From Lama guanicoe (taxonomy: Eukaryota), in contig MU054662.1 of the NCBI GenBank assembly GCA_013239625.1, positions 13,133,798-13,197,797 on the forward strand: a DNA stretch of 64,000 bases, given 5' to 3'. Positions 9,467 through 21,700 of this stretch are shown one piece after another. The notes beneath the pieces are model-generated. The model had not been told where the DNA came from. It was given only the letters and a program-made list of their open reading frames with translations, and searched no databases. A program made the position numbers and the translations under genes. Position 1 is the stretch's first letter. Each line of letters begins with the position of its first letter.

Positions 9467-12221
9467 GTATTTACTGTAATTACTTCTCCACTTAATTCTT
9501 CAAAACAGGTGACACCTGCTCGCCCCAAGATCCACCTTCAAAATAACAGGAGAGAGTAATGAAGAGAGGGGTCTCCAGTGCGGTTTATCATGATTGTATC
9601 GCATCGTCCCGACAAGTGTTCTGCTCAAGAGCCCAGACACGTTTGTGTAGGTCTCATTAGAAACACCTGGGTGTTGCTGAGTGGGTTCTAGCCTCCCTGA
9701 GTCCCCGCGGCGTGCATCCTGTCCCCTGGACTCCGGGCTTCCCTGGGGACTCCTCTGTGAAGAGCAGGGTGTGCGAGGCGGCAGACGGAGCTCAGTCCCA
9801 GCTTCACTCGCGTGCAGGGCTGAGGGGAGGACCGGATGGGGACATCCAGCCGTGTCTGCGGCACCGCGAATGGCGTCTCGTGAAGCACGTGTGGGTGAGG
9901 GAGGGGTCCTTGCTGCCCCTTGGAAGGATGAGGGAGAAAGATGAGGAAACACAAAATAAATGCTTTATCGAGTCGCAGACTCACGCCGTCTCCATGTCAT
10001 TCTTTTCACTCCTGCCCCCAGTTCCTCCCGTTCACACCCTCACGGAGGGAGACAGACAGGGACTAGATGCAGGGCAATAGGTGCTGTCTGCTAAATGCAA
10101 AATTCCTCTCTCTGAGTGTCCTGATGGAGTTTAAAAAGCAAGAAAAATGAAAAGCAAAAGGTAAAATAGAGAAGAAATCTAAAAAGAGAAACTTCTCCCT
10201 GAGCGCGTGGCAGGTGGGCTGCAGGGACAGACCCGGAGCGGAGCGGGTCAGTGGTGCCCGAGGGCGTGGAGGTGGGGCCCTGCCTCCTTCCCCGCCAGCC
10301 ACTGCAAGCACCACCCCCAGCCAGGCTCTGGATGAAACACAGTCAGATTTTGCATATTGAGGGTGGTGCAAGCATCACACTCCAGTTAACCCCTCAGTTT
10401 CGTGAGGACTGGGTGTAGGTAAAGAAAATACGGGAAAAGCTGCATTCTAGTCCAAACCAGCCTCAGGCTGGCTGTGGGCTCGGCGGCAGGGCATGGTGCC
10501 TCCCGGCGCCTGGATCTCCCACCTGGAACGTAAACGTCGCCGAGCTCGGGCATCCTCCGGCCACCCCTGCACTCCTACGCAGCCCCCAGCTGTTTCCGGA
10601 AGTAGGACGGGGCCGTGTCCGCAGCCCAGGGAGAGCCCGGGGCAGCATGGAAGCCGCATCTCCCTCGGCACTCGACTAGGGAGGACCCCCTCTCTGGGGC
10701 GACAGAAAGATGCGAAGGATGCCATTCTCAAATACTTCCGACACCCCAGCCCCCTGATCATTTTGGCATCAGTACATGACATTTTCCCCAGCCACACATA
10801 GAATTTTTCTTCCAGATGCATCCCCGACTGGCAACGAGGAAGTCCTTCTGGCTAGATAGCCCACTAACCAGCCCCCACGGCCTCCTTAGCAGCCTTTTGT
10901 CTATGCCTGTCCCTTCACCACTCCCTCCAGCGCAGCCTACCTTTGCAGTAATAACCTAAGAAATCAGATACCTGAGAAGAGCCAATGGGAAAAAGCGTGA
11001 AGTGTTCTGTTCACGATGTTGTTCTAACAAACACCCCTTTGTTTACACTAGGCATTCAGGGTGAAGTTGTGAGTCTGAGGAAAGGCATGTGACCTGGTTG
11101 GGCCGCACCTGGGAGCATGTGTCACTCACACCTGAGCTAGATGTGCACGCCAGCCCGGGTCACTGTCAGGGGCTTAGCCGGCAACTGAGGCAGCCCTGCG
11201 GTATAACTGCACTGACAAACTCTGGCCACGGGGTCAGCTTCAGTCAGGAAAGTCAGCTGGACTTTGGCACCTTATTCAGCTTTAGCCGCCTGGTGAACAA
11301 CCCAGATGGACCACATGACCTGAACCATCAGTTCCTTGAGGAGTGACGTCAGCAACACGGTGGATAAGACATCCTTGTCTGGCCCTCACTCCTGACGCCA
11401 TAACAGCACCTCCTTGTCTATTGTGGGTGCTGTGGGACCCAGCCCCACAAGCCAAGGGGCTGGGAGGAGACTTGCACTGAGCAGCAGCATGCAGACTGGG
11501 TCCTGGCTGCGCCCTGCTCTGGCCCGTGAGCTGGCCCCAGCCCCTCTCAGCCACGCTCCAGGGGTCCCTGGAGAACAGTGTCTTGACCTGTCCACCGTGA
11601 ACTCGAGAGCCCTCGTGGAGGTCCAGGTTTGCAACAGAGAAGGCCCAGCACAGCACCCGAGTTGGAAGCAGGAGTCTGGGTGCTTTGGAAAGGGGGGGAG
11701 GACCAGGCGACCTCACCTGCAGAGCCCACCCCCCAGAAGCCCAGCTCAGGGCTACACGAGACCTTCTCCGACGACGCTTTCTTCCGCAGGGGAGGTAGGA
11801 CTGTGGGCGTGAGCACTCAGGGCTGGGGGAGGCAGGGAGAGAGACAGACAGGACCCCAGGAGAACATTACAAAGGGTGCAGAGCCTGCCAACCAGGCACA
11901 GGCTCCATCAAGATGCCGTCCGATGAGCTTCGGGTGACACCTGGCCCACGGCCACCCCCAGAGTTCCACATGCCTCCCCCCCACACCTCTGCCTCCTGCG
12001 GCCAGCTCTCTGCGCACGCTCTTGACAAGGCAGGGGCGAACTCTGCTACAGGACTAGTCAGCATATGCAGAAGGCTGGCCCAAGTCCACTGGCCACAGGA
12101 GACCACAAGCTTGAGCTTTTCCCACCCTTGGGAAAGCAAGAGGGCGGTGTCAGCACTTGGCCTGGTGCTTCGCAGGATCAAGGGCCAGCGTCCAAGAGGA
12201 GGAATTCCGCCCCAGGAGAGA

Positions 12222-14965
12222 TTTAAAAAAATGAAAGCCCAACCGACAAACCTTTCGCTGACCTAACTGAGGAAAAGGGAGAAGACTCAAATAAATAAAA
12301 TCAGAAATGAAAAAGGAGACGTTGCCTCCGATTCCACAGAAACGCTGAAGATTACGAGACCACTGTGAGCAACTAGACACCAAGTAACTGGATAGTAAAA
12401 GGTGCGAATAAAGCCCTAGGCACACACAACCTAACAAGACCACGTCATAAACCCAGAATCTGAACAGACGAATAACGAGTCAGGACTCTGAATCACCACC
12501 AGAAACGTTCCGACGGAGAAGAGCCCGGGGCCAGACGGGGTCCCCGGCGAATTGTCCCAAACCATTAAAGACGAATTAAATCCAGTCGTTCTCAAACTCT
12601 TCCAAAACACTGGGGGCAGGAACTCGCACACTCATCTTATGAGGCCAATATTACTCTGATACCAAAGCCAAATAAGGACGCTAAGAAAAGAAAACCATAA
12701 GCCGACATTCCTGGTGAATACAGACGCAAATATTCTCAATAAAATATTAGCAAACTTCATACAAGAGCATATTTAAAAATCACACCATGATCCAGTTGGA
12801 TTCATGCCTTGGACACAAGGATGACTCAGCACATGAAAATCAATATAGTAAAATGAAAGACGAAAACCAAATGTTCATCTTAATGGATACCAAAAAAAAA
12901 AATCCCTTCATGATAATAACTATCAACAAATTGGGTACAGAAGACATGTTCCTCAACATAATAAAAGCCATGCATACTAACGACAAAATATCTGAAGAAC
13001 AAATAAAGAAAATATCCAAGTCACAACAGCATAAAAAAAAATAAAATACCTAGAAATAAATTTAACCAAGGAGGTGAAAAATCAGTGCACTGGAAACTGT
13101 GATGAAAGAAATTAAAGAAGACTCAGATAAACACAAAGAGATTCTCCATGGATTGGAAGAATTAATATTGTTAAAATATTCATACTACCCAAAGCCATGT
13201 ATAGATTCAGTGAAATCCCTATCAAAACTTCAGTGGCATTTTTCACCGAAATACAAGAAGCAATACTAAATTTTGCTTTATCCCATGAAAGACCCCAAAG
13301 AGTCAAAAGCAACCTTGAGAAAGAACAAAGCTGGAGGCATCACACTTCCTGACTTCAAACTGTTGTTACAAAATTATAATAATCAGAGTAGGATGGTATT
13401 ACCATGAAAACAGATACATGGCCCACGGACCAGGAAACAGAGCCCACAAAAAACCCTTGCAAAAACAGTCGACTAACATTTGACAAATGTGCCAAGAATA
13501 CTCAATGGGGAAAGGACACCGTCTTCATAAACGATGTTGGAAAGCCTGGACAACCCCGCGCAGAGAATGAAGTTGGCCCCGTATCCCACAGCGCTCAGAG
13601 TGTAATCCCTAAACCCTAGAACTCCTAGAATAAAACACACGGGAGAAGCTACTTCGTACTGGTTTTGGCAACACTTTTTTGGGGCACGGCAGCCGAAGTA
13701 CACACAACAAAGTCAAAAATAAACAAGCGAGCCTACGTCCAAAAGCTGCAACCTGCGCAGCAGAGGAGCTAAGCGACAGGATGAAAAGCTAGGCTGCAAA
13801 ACGGAGAACACATTAACAAAAGTGTATCTGATAACAGGCTAATATTCAGAATAAACAAAGAACTCGTAAAAAAGAGCAAAAAAATTATCTGAGTTTTAAA
13901 AATGGGCAGAGGAACCGAATAGACATTTTTCTGAGGAAGACATACAAATGGCTAACATGTACATGTCAGCGTGCTCAACATAATGAATCATCAGGGAAAC
14001 GCAAATGAAACCCACCAGGAGATACCACCTCACACGTGTGAGAACGGCCGTCACCCAGCGGACAAGAGGGAACAAGCGTGGCCGGGCGTGGGGGACAAGG
14101 AGACCTTGCGTCCCGCTGGGGGCACACAAACTGGTGTGGTCACCACGGAAGGAAACAGTGTGGGGGTTCCTCAAAAAAATTAAAAACAGAACCACCGCAC
14201 CATCCAGCAAGGACAGCTGTTGGCATAGATCCAGAGGAATGAACTCAGGATCTCAGAGGCACCTGCGATCCGACGCTCCCCGCAGTGCCATTCAAGTAGC
14301 CAGGACGTGGGACCTACCTAAGGGCCCTCCGTGGACGAACGGATAAAAGAGATGTGAGAGACAGGCACACTGTATGTGTGGATGTAGTGAGCTTTTGTAG
14401 AAAATGCACTTTACATGTATGTGTGCCCGCATGTGTGTATATATATACAGACATGCGCACACACATATATATGAAATTCTCCCACGAGACAGAAGCCCAG
14501 CCATCTGGGACATCGTGGCTGGACCCTGAGGACGTCGTGCTAAGTGAAACAAGTCAGGCAGAGAGAGACATGGTGTGCACTTTCACTGACACGTGGACTC
14601 TAACAAGGCTGAACTCTCACAAACAAGAGAGCAACACGATGGCTGACAGGGGCTGGGGGCTGGGGGGGAGGTGATGCAGGTCAAAGGGCCCCAACGCCCA
14701 GCGGTAACACATGAGCGTGTTCTGGGAACTTCGTGGGCAGCGTGCCGACCTTGGTTAACGATACTGTCTTGCGTGCTTGGAAGTTGCTAAGAGAGTAGAT
14801 CTGAAATGATTTCACCGCAAAGAAACTGTAATCATGTGACGTGGTGGAGGTGCTAACCACCCTACTGCGGTGACCCCCGTGATGTGGAAGTGTGTCCCAT
14901 CACCACGCGGTGCCCCTTAGATTGACACAATAGTTTATGTCAGTTGTATCTCCAGAAAGCTGGGG
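12222..14965 (+). mobile_element. 5'-truncated, decayed LINE-1 (ORF2 remnant plus 3'UTR, L1MA8/9-like)
   Basis: ORF2 motifs actcaaataaataaaatcagaaatgaaaaaggagac, ctcaaactcttccaaaa, aaagctggaggcatcacacttcctgacttcaaac, aatagacatttttctgaggaagacatacaaatggc. 3' end aagttgctaagagagtagatct...tgtcagttgtatctccagaaagctggggg. Many stops and frameshifts. Confidence 0.93.
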
Positions 14966-16276
14966 GCTGTTCCTTAAGGGAACGAGGGGGTCACGTTACA
15001 CCCCAGTCCCCAGGGGCAGTGGTTCCTGGCCTGAGGGGCACTCGCTCCAGGCTCACTGACAGCTGTCACTCCAACACCAACATTCCGTGGGGACCTACAA
15101 CCCCATGATAGAACCTCGGGTCTCCGCCGAGAGCGTAAGGGGAGTTCAGTGGACTTTTGCTGTTGTCATTGACATCAAAGTTTCTGTAAGGACTTTTCAG
15201 TCCACTTGTTTTCCTTATGTTTCTGAATCACATTATCCTCTGTCCACCGCACGTGTTCCTAAGAGCAAACAAGGACCTTTCCAGAAGTCAATGAGCTGCC
15301 ATGGTGACGAGAAAAGCAGTTACACTGGGAACCGGATGAAAAGCCACACGTACTCACGTGTGCCTGGTTACGCACTCAGCCTTGGTGCGTTCCCGACGCC
15401 GTGCTGGGCGTGCGGACAGAGCTCTGCCCGGCCCCGAGGCCCTTCCCGTCCGGGGGCGAGAGCGCTAGTAATGACGTCATCTCGCACACGCGCGCACACA
15501 CGTGAATGTGCTCTGTGCAGGGTGCTGTGAACACACGTACGGGAGACTGAGAAGGTCTCCTGATGAGCGAGGATGAGAGGGAGCCTGTGCAGGGGGGCAG
15601 GCAGAGAGGGACGCAGCGCCCACAGGCACCCGGGCCTGAGCGGAGGGAGGCCCCGCACCACAGGCAGGCCGTCGCCCGGGCCTTACTCTCACCCTCACCG
15701 TTTCAGCTGGTCGCTGCTTTGTTCAGCTACAGGGAAACTTCGCACACAGAACTGAATGCGCACCAGCACAGCCGCCTTTTTTCTTACACACACACATTTG
15801 ACACAAGTGCCCGTGACGTTTATGTAAAAGTTCTGGGTGTCATAAGACTAGACTATTCTCGAGCCCAAGCGCGGCACAGCTGAGTCGGGAGGGGGAGACG
15901 CCCGTTCAGTTAGTCTCCCCCAGGAGGCCACGGCTGGGTCCTCCAGAACAGGCCCCCGGGGGGGGCCCCAAAGCAGTGAATTACAAGTAGAACAAGCTGT
16001 TCCTCTGAATTTCTTTATCTCTGTAAACAGCACCATCAAGCATGGCTCCGACCCCAAACCTCAGATTGCTCTCTGGCTCCTCTCCCTCACCACCCACATA
16101 GTCCCCTCGGGAGACCCTACACTTCCTGCCTGGGTCTCAGCCGTGTCCAGTTCCCTCAGACCCGCTCCCACCTTCCTCCGAGCCCCCTCGGCTCCAACTG
16201 CCCTGTACTGGCCCCCTAACTCCTCCACAGCAGCCCCCGCCTGGCCCCTGGTGGCCTGCGTTCCCCACACAGCTGG

Positions 16277-16277
<1 letters not shown>

Positions 16278-16310
<33 letters not shown>
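16278..16310. repeat. (CA)16 microsatellite
   Basis: Uninterrupted CA run. Confidence 0.97.
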
Positions 16311-16311
<1 letters not shown>

Positions 16312-17264
16312 AACCATCATCCCACAGCACTGCTGCTCTCTAAGCGGTTTATATCGGTGAATCTGACTGCGCTCACTCGGGACATTCCTCTGACTCTGAT
16401 TTTCAGACCCCTAAGTTCAGACACAGGGACGCTCAGGGTCACTAGAGGTGAAGCAGGAGTGTTACCAGGGCCCTGGCGCTGGGACCTGCATGCTTAGTCT
16501 CTGACCTGTGGGACCTTTAATAAACACTGCTTGTGTTCAGTTCTAAGCTGGGCATTCTTTTCACTTTGAGCTCTTTAGAGCTGTGGCCTGCAATCGGAGG
16601 CACGTCCCCGTGTAACTGCATCATCCTCCCTTGTGGCCACAGCCTCCAGCCTCTCGAGCTGGTGAAACATGGCGGCCGTGAGCGGGCGGTGGGGGCGGGA
16701 GGCGCCTCGGGGCAGCAGCCGGATGCGGCACGCTGGGTATCTCGGAGAAAGTCTGCAGAGACCTACACAGCTATTTTTATTACCATCAGTTATTTATGGC
16801 TCCTATTAATTATATTTTAGTTTATTTAACAAAAAGAGCCTAAGGGAAAGTTGCATTAGAGTAACCCCTGCTTTGCTGAACATTTCCCGATGACTTAAGG
16901 ATTTAGAGACTCAGACATTCCTTCCAAACTGCTATTGTGAGATTTTTAAAGGCATCACACTCACGCCATTTTCCATCATTCTAGATGGTTTGAACTAGAC
17001 GGTCCTAATTTTGGTCACCATTATTATTCTCTGTGAGTCACACGTCTAAACAAAGCTCAGTGTTTTCTCGTGTTAGAAGGAAAAACCCTCCCCTGAGGCA
17101 GGCGTGAGGCTCACCCCGTCTCGGCCGGTTTGCGAGTTTGTTACTCATCACGTGCAGTGGACGGTCTGGGCTGGACAACTGAGGCTCTGCGCAGAATGCT
17201 CAGTGCCTGAGGAATGGCTGTCTGCACAACCCTGCACTGGTAACAGTCTTAAAAATAAAAGTCA

Positions 17265-17430
17265 CCTGTTCTTTGCAATTTATAAAGTGCTTCCACACAC
17301 CATCTCATTTAACCGTACGTAAAGCCCTCCGGTGCTGTGGAAGGAGAGCCTTCCACATGCTGCAGCTTCACACCTGTATCTCCCCCGGGGCTCTGGAAGG
17401 ATGGCTGAGAGTGGCCCAAGGACACGCACT
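17265..17430 (-). mobile_element. MIR fragment
   Basis: ttgcaatttataaagtgcttccacacaccatctcatttaa...gtggcccaaggacacgcact. Confidence 0.55.
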
Positions 17431-20400
17431 AACCCAGGAGGCACCAAGAGAGTCAGCAGCTCTGGACGTGCCCCTCTGGGTGGTGACGAGCCGGCGACTG
17501 CAGACGAGAGCCGGTAACACAGGTTCCGAGACCCCCAGCCTACAGAGACGGAGGTAGAGAAACTCCACAGGGCAGGGCCTGGGCAGTGGGACCCGGAGCC
17601 ACAGCACCTCCTGCCAGCAGCCCAGTCCATGTGCCTGGAAGGCCACTTGCGTGCTCTCTGTGTGCTGGGACTCAGGGGGGCGGGGGCGCTGTGGAAGCAC
17701 TGCTGACTCCGCGGTGGGTTAAACCTTCCGTCTGGGTTCCAGCCCAGCTCCCCTGACCAGGTTTTTGGGCACCCTTGCCCCTAGTCCATGTGAAGAAGGT
17801 TCCACGGGCCATGGGTGGAGCCCACAGCCCAAGTGGCACTACGCTGGGCCCTGCATCTTTCTGCAACAGAGATGCTAAAATGAGCTCAGCATCCAAGTCC
17901 GCACGTTTCCTCTTTCTTGGAGATTCCATGCTAGCCCAGGGACTTTAAAGGGCTTTGGGCTTTGGGAAATTTCTAGGAGTAACCTGATGGTCTCTGGGGA
18001 ACTAAGACTCAGAGCAAGAACATCCCGCCCGACCCTCACGCTGCCTGCGCATCTCCTGTGACCCAGAGGACTTTCCCAGATGCCGCCTGTGCTGAGATGG
18101 ACTTCCTAAGTGGATCCACTGGTGCTGTGGAAGGGGAGCCTTTCACACGCTGCACCCGGACAGGGATCCGGCACATCCCTGGTTCTCTAGGCAAGCGAGG
18201 CACTGTGGCCACCCGGGCACCGTGGAGCAAGAGCAGGCGGCTAGAACCCATCCGTTGGGTGTGTGGTCCCGCCCTTTGTGTTGCACAGGACTAGCGGCCA
18301 GGCCCCTAAACAGAGCTGTAACGCCAGAGGCTCTAAGACCCTCCAGGAGCCCATGAACCTCTGGGAGTTTTTGCCTTCAATTCTATTTAAATCCAAGAAG
18401 CTTTCACCCCGCTGACAGCTCCAGAGGCACTGCTGAGGCTTCGGGAGGAGCTGTTGTGAAAAGCTGAAGCTGTTGCTAAGCAAACGGAGTCTCATGGAGA
18501 CAATGGACTGAGTCAAGGCAGCACCTGCTGAAGTGAAGCTGCCACGAGCGCTCCGCTCGACGCGAGGCTGCTTCCACGAGGCTTAGACCTCCGCCGCCTG
18601 GTGCTGCAAAGGCAGTGAGCACGGGGAGTCGCCGATCCTTGGGACCCGCGTGTCCCCCGCTGCGGGGACCCAGTGTGGAAACCGGCGAAGCTCGGGGCCA
18701 GCAGCTCGTGCCCGGTGTCGGGGTGTGCGAGGCCCCAGCACACCTTCAGTGCCAGGGGCCGTGTGTGCTTTGCTAGGAAAGGGTGGGCTGAGTGGAGGGG
18801 GCGGATCCTGCACCGTGACATCCCCACCAGCCTCATCCGGCGAAAGGGGATATGAGGAGAAATGGCTTCTGCCGGGCTGGTGGGAGGCAGGCTCCTGACT
18901 TCCAGTGTTTGGGTGGTTTTGCACCAGAGGAGCCCAGAAGCGTCGGTCAGCAGGACTTGCTTTACTCGGGGAGGCTCACCACGGACTCCGGAGGCCGGGG
19001 GCAGGGGCTCTGCTCATGGTCTTGGCCTCCAGGTAGCCTCCTCATTACAGCACTGACACACAACAGCACTGACACACAACAGAGATTATTTGAAAAGAGA
19101 GCAGAGTGTGAGGACATCCCAGTGTTGCACGATTCTCAGGAGGGCAGGTGCTCAAAGGAGCTGGGGGTGGGGCGGTGGCCGGAACGGCCAGTGTAAGCCA
19201 GTGAGTGGGGGCAGGAAGACCGGACTCGGGCAGCGAGGAGGGCAGGGCGTCCAGCGGGGAGCCACCTGCGGGAAGCGGCACGGTGGACGTGAACAGAGCG
19301 GTTAGACTTTGTCTGCTGGGAGGCGCAGGCGGAGGGGCCGAGGGCTGCTCGGTTTGGGCGTCCCCTACTGCACGTCAGCAAGAGACGGACGCGGGCAGAG
19401 ACAAGCGCACCCAGCTTGCTTCTCTGACGGCAAAGCCCCGGGAGGCGCCCAGGCCTGGCGCTGGGCGGGCGCTCCTGTGGTCACAGCTCTACCGTCTGGT
19501 GCTTGGAGACGAGCTGCCCTGAGAGCTGGAGGAGTCGGTTCCTGTGCGCTTCCTTAGGCTGAGCCTGCCTCTCTTTCCCCTATGAGATGGTAAGTTCTAG
19601 TGGGAAGAAAATACTATAAAAAACTAATAAAAAGGAGAACGGGGGAGCTATGCATCCAAGACCTGGTGCTTTAACAAGAAGCCGGTGCCCGGGAGACAAA
19701 AAGATCCTTCACACTTGCTGCGGCAAGAACATGGACAGACCAGGACAGACTCCAGCCCGGTGGGAGCTGGCCTGGGGAAGCCCGCCTCTCCAGGCCTTGT
19801 GTGCTCAGTGTTGAGTATCTTCCCTTTGCCCCCCTGCACCAAGCTCCTTCGCCCTCCACCTGCTCTGCTCCCAGGAGGCCGGCCTTGACTGCTGGCCTCA
19901 GCCGGGACCCCTGCTGTCCAGCTGCAGGCTGGAGTCAGCTCGTGGGGCCACCCACAGGGGACCAGCAGGGAGTGGAGGGTGGGGTCCCAGTCACTGAGAC
20001 CCTCCCTGCGGGGCCGAGGTGGGCAGGGGCCGTGCGCCTTCATCAAGGCCTCAGCTCCCACGAGGCAGCCTCTCCGTGGCTACAGAGCTAGCCGCATTCT
20101 CACAACCACTCCACGCCCTTGACCTTCCAGGCGGAAGGACTGCAGGAGCTTCCGCTGGTGCTGGGTTGAAGTGTCTCTCCATCCTTCGACGGTTTTCCTT
20201 ACCCCCAACGCATGATTGTACCTGAACCCACCATTAACCTCTCCTCAAACCCCCTTCTGAGCATGTGACCTGCTTCTTGCAAAACTCCTGAGTGATCCTA
20301 CGCAGCCTGATTAGGGAGAGATCCAAGAGGCCCAAAGGGAGGGCGCGGGGTGTCCAGAAACCAGAGGGGCACTCAGGGCCCTGCAGCAGGGGCTTCGCAC

Positions 20401-21594
20401 CAGACTCTGAAGGTGTGTGTCCATCTCTGAGCAGCCCTGCAGCCGCACGGGTGGGGGCCGACTGCCCGTCTGCCCCGCCCACAGCATTACCTGCTTCTGT
20501 TTAGCTTTTCAAATAAGGAAACCAGGACTCGGGAAGGTGAAATGAAATGGCCCGCTCTCGTCTTCCTGTCCGCAAGGCTTTGGGGCCACGTTTACGGATC
20601 CTTTTAGGGAGGTGAACGCCGCATGCTATATATAGAGCCATGACATACATAAAGGAGACATGTAAGACAGTCTCTCAAAAGGGTCGGAACCCTGAGTGCA
20701 TTTCTGTTCTTTAACCGCGATATATAATTTGTGCGTGTGTGTCACCAACTCAATGCATTTAGTTTCTCTGCTCCCTAGGAAGGGCCTGTATTACAGCAGA
20801 GACCTTACCTAATTCTTTGTTTTGGTACAATGTCTAACACGCTTTGGGCGTTTAATGAATGTCTGTTAATAGCACTGACCCACAGGGGCTCTGCGCCCAG
20901 CGTGATCGCGGGCTGTTTCATACACAGACCTGTGAGAAAATAAGAGGTCAACTTTCGTCCACGTGACATCAAGGGTCGGCCCTGGGCAGGCTTTCAGAGG
21001 CCGCAGCTCAGCCGCCCACCCCCAGGCTGGCCTGGGCTCCGGCCGGGACGCTCAGAGAGGCGTCTCCCACGGACGCCTGCGCCCAGGTGCCTGACGGCCC
21101 GACAGCACGCACGCGCCTCCTCCTTCCTGGTCTAAGTCCTTCCCGCCAGACCCGCCTGCCCCCCTGCGCACACGGCGGGCGAGAGGACCAGCCACAGGCC
21201 AGGGAACAGGAAATGGGTCAAAGCGAAGCAGAGGATTACAGCCACGGGCTGAGAGGCAGGGGGCCCCCTCCTCCCGAGTCGAAAGCGAAAGGAAGGGCTG
21301 TCTTGAGACCTTGTGGGCCGGCCGTGCCTTCCCCACCAAAGGGACAGATGTTGAGTGTCCACTGTGTTTCAGGCGCTGGACTAGGCGCTGAGGACAGAGG
21401 AACGAGATAGAGGGGTGAATCTTGCCCATGAAGGGCATTCGGTTTAAAAAGGGTGGAAACTAGAAAACGGCCCATGGTCTGTGGTTTACTCCTTCCCGCA
21501 GTCAGAGAGTGTCTGTCGGCTCCAGCAGCTCGGGGTGTTCACCTTCCAGCAGGGCGCTGGAGTTAACCCACGGGCTGCTCTGATGGTCATTTAA

Positions 21595-21700
21595 ATGTCG
21601 TCCTACCCATGACGACATGGGGGTTTGATAAGGTTAAATGAGTCAATGTCCATAGAAAGCACTGTGAAGGTGCCCAGCCTCGGTGATAAGAAGTATTTGA
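21595..21700 (+). mobile_element. MIR 3' fragment
   Basis: ttgataaggttaaatgagtcaatgtccatagaaagcactgtgaaggtgcccagc. Confidence 0.55.

Noticed and set aside
12431-14346. ORFs with L1 ORF2-like peptides
   Set aside because: Fragments of a dead L1 with stops, frameshifts and a deleted RT core.
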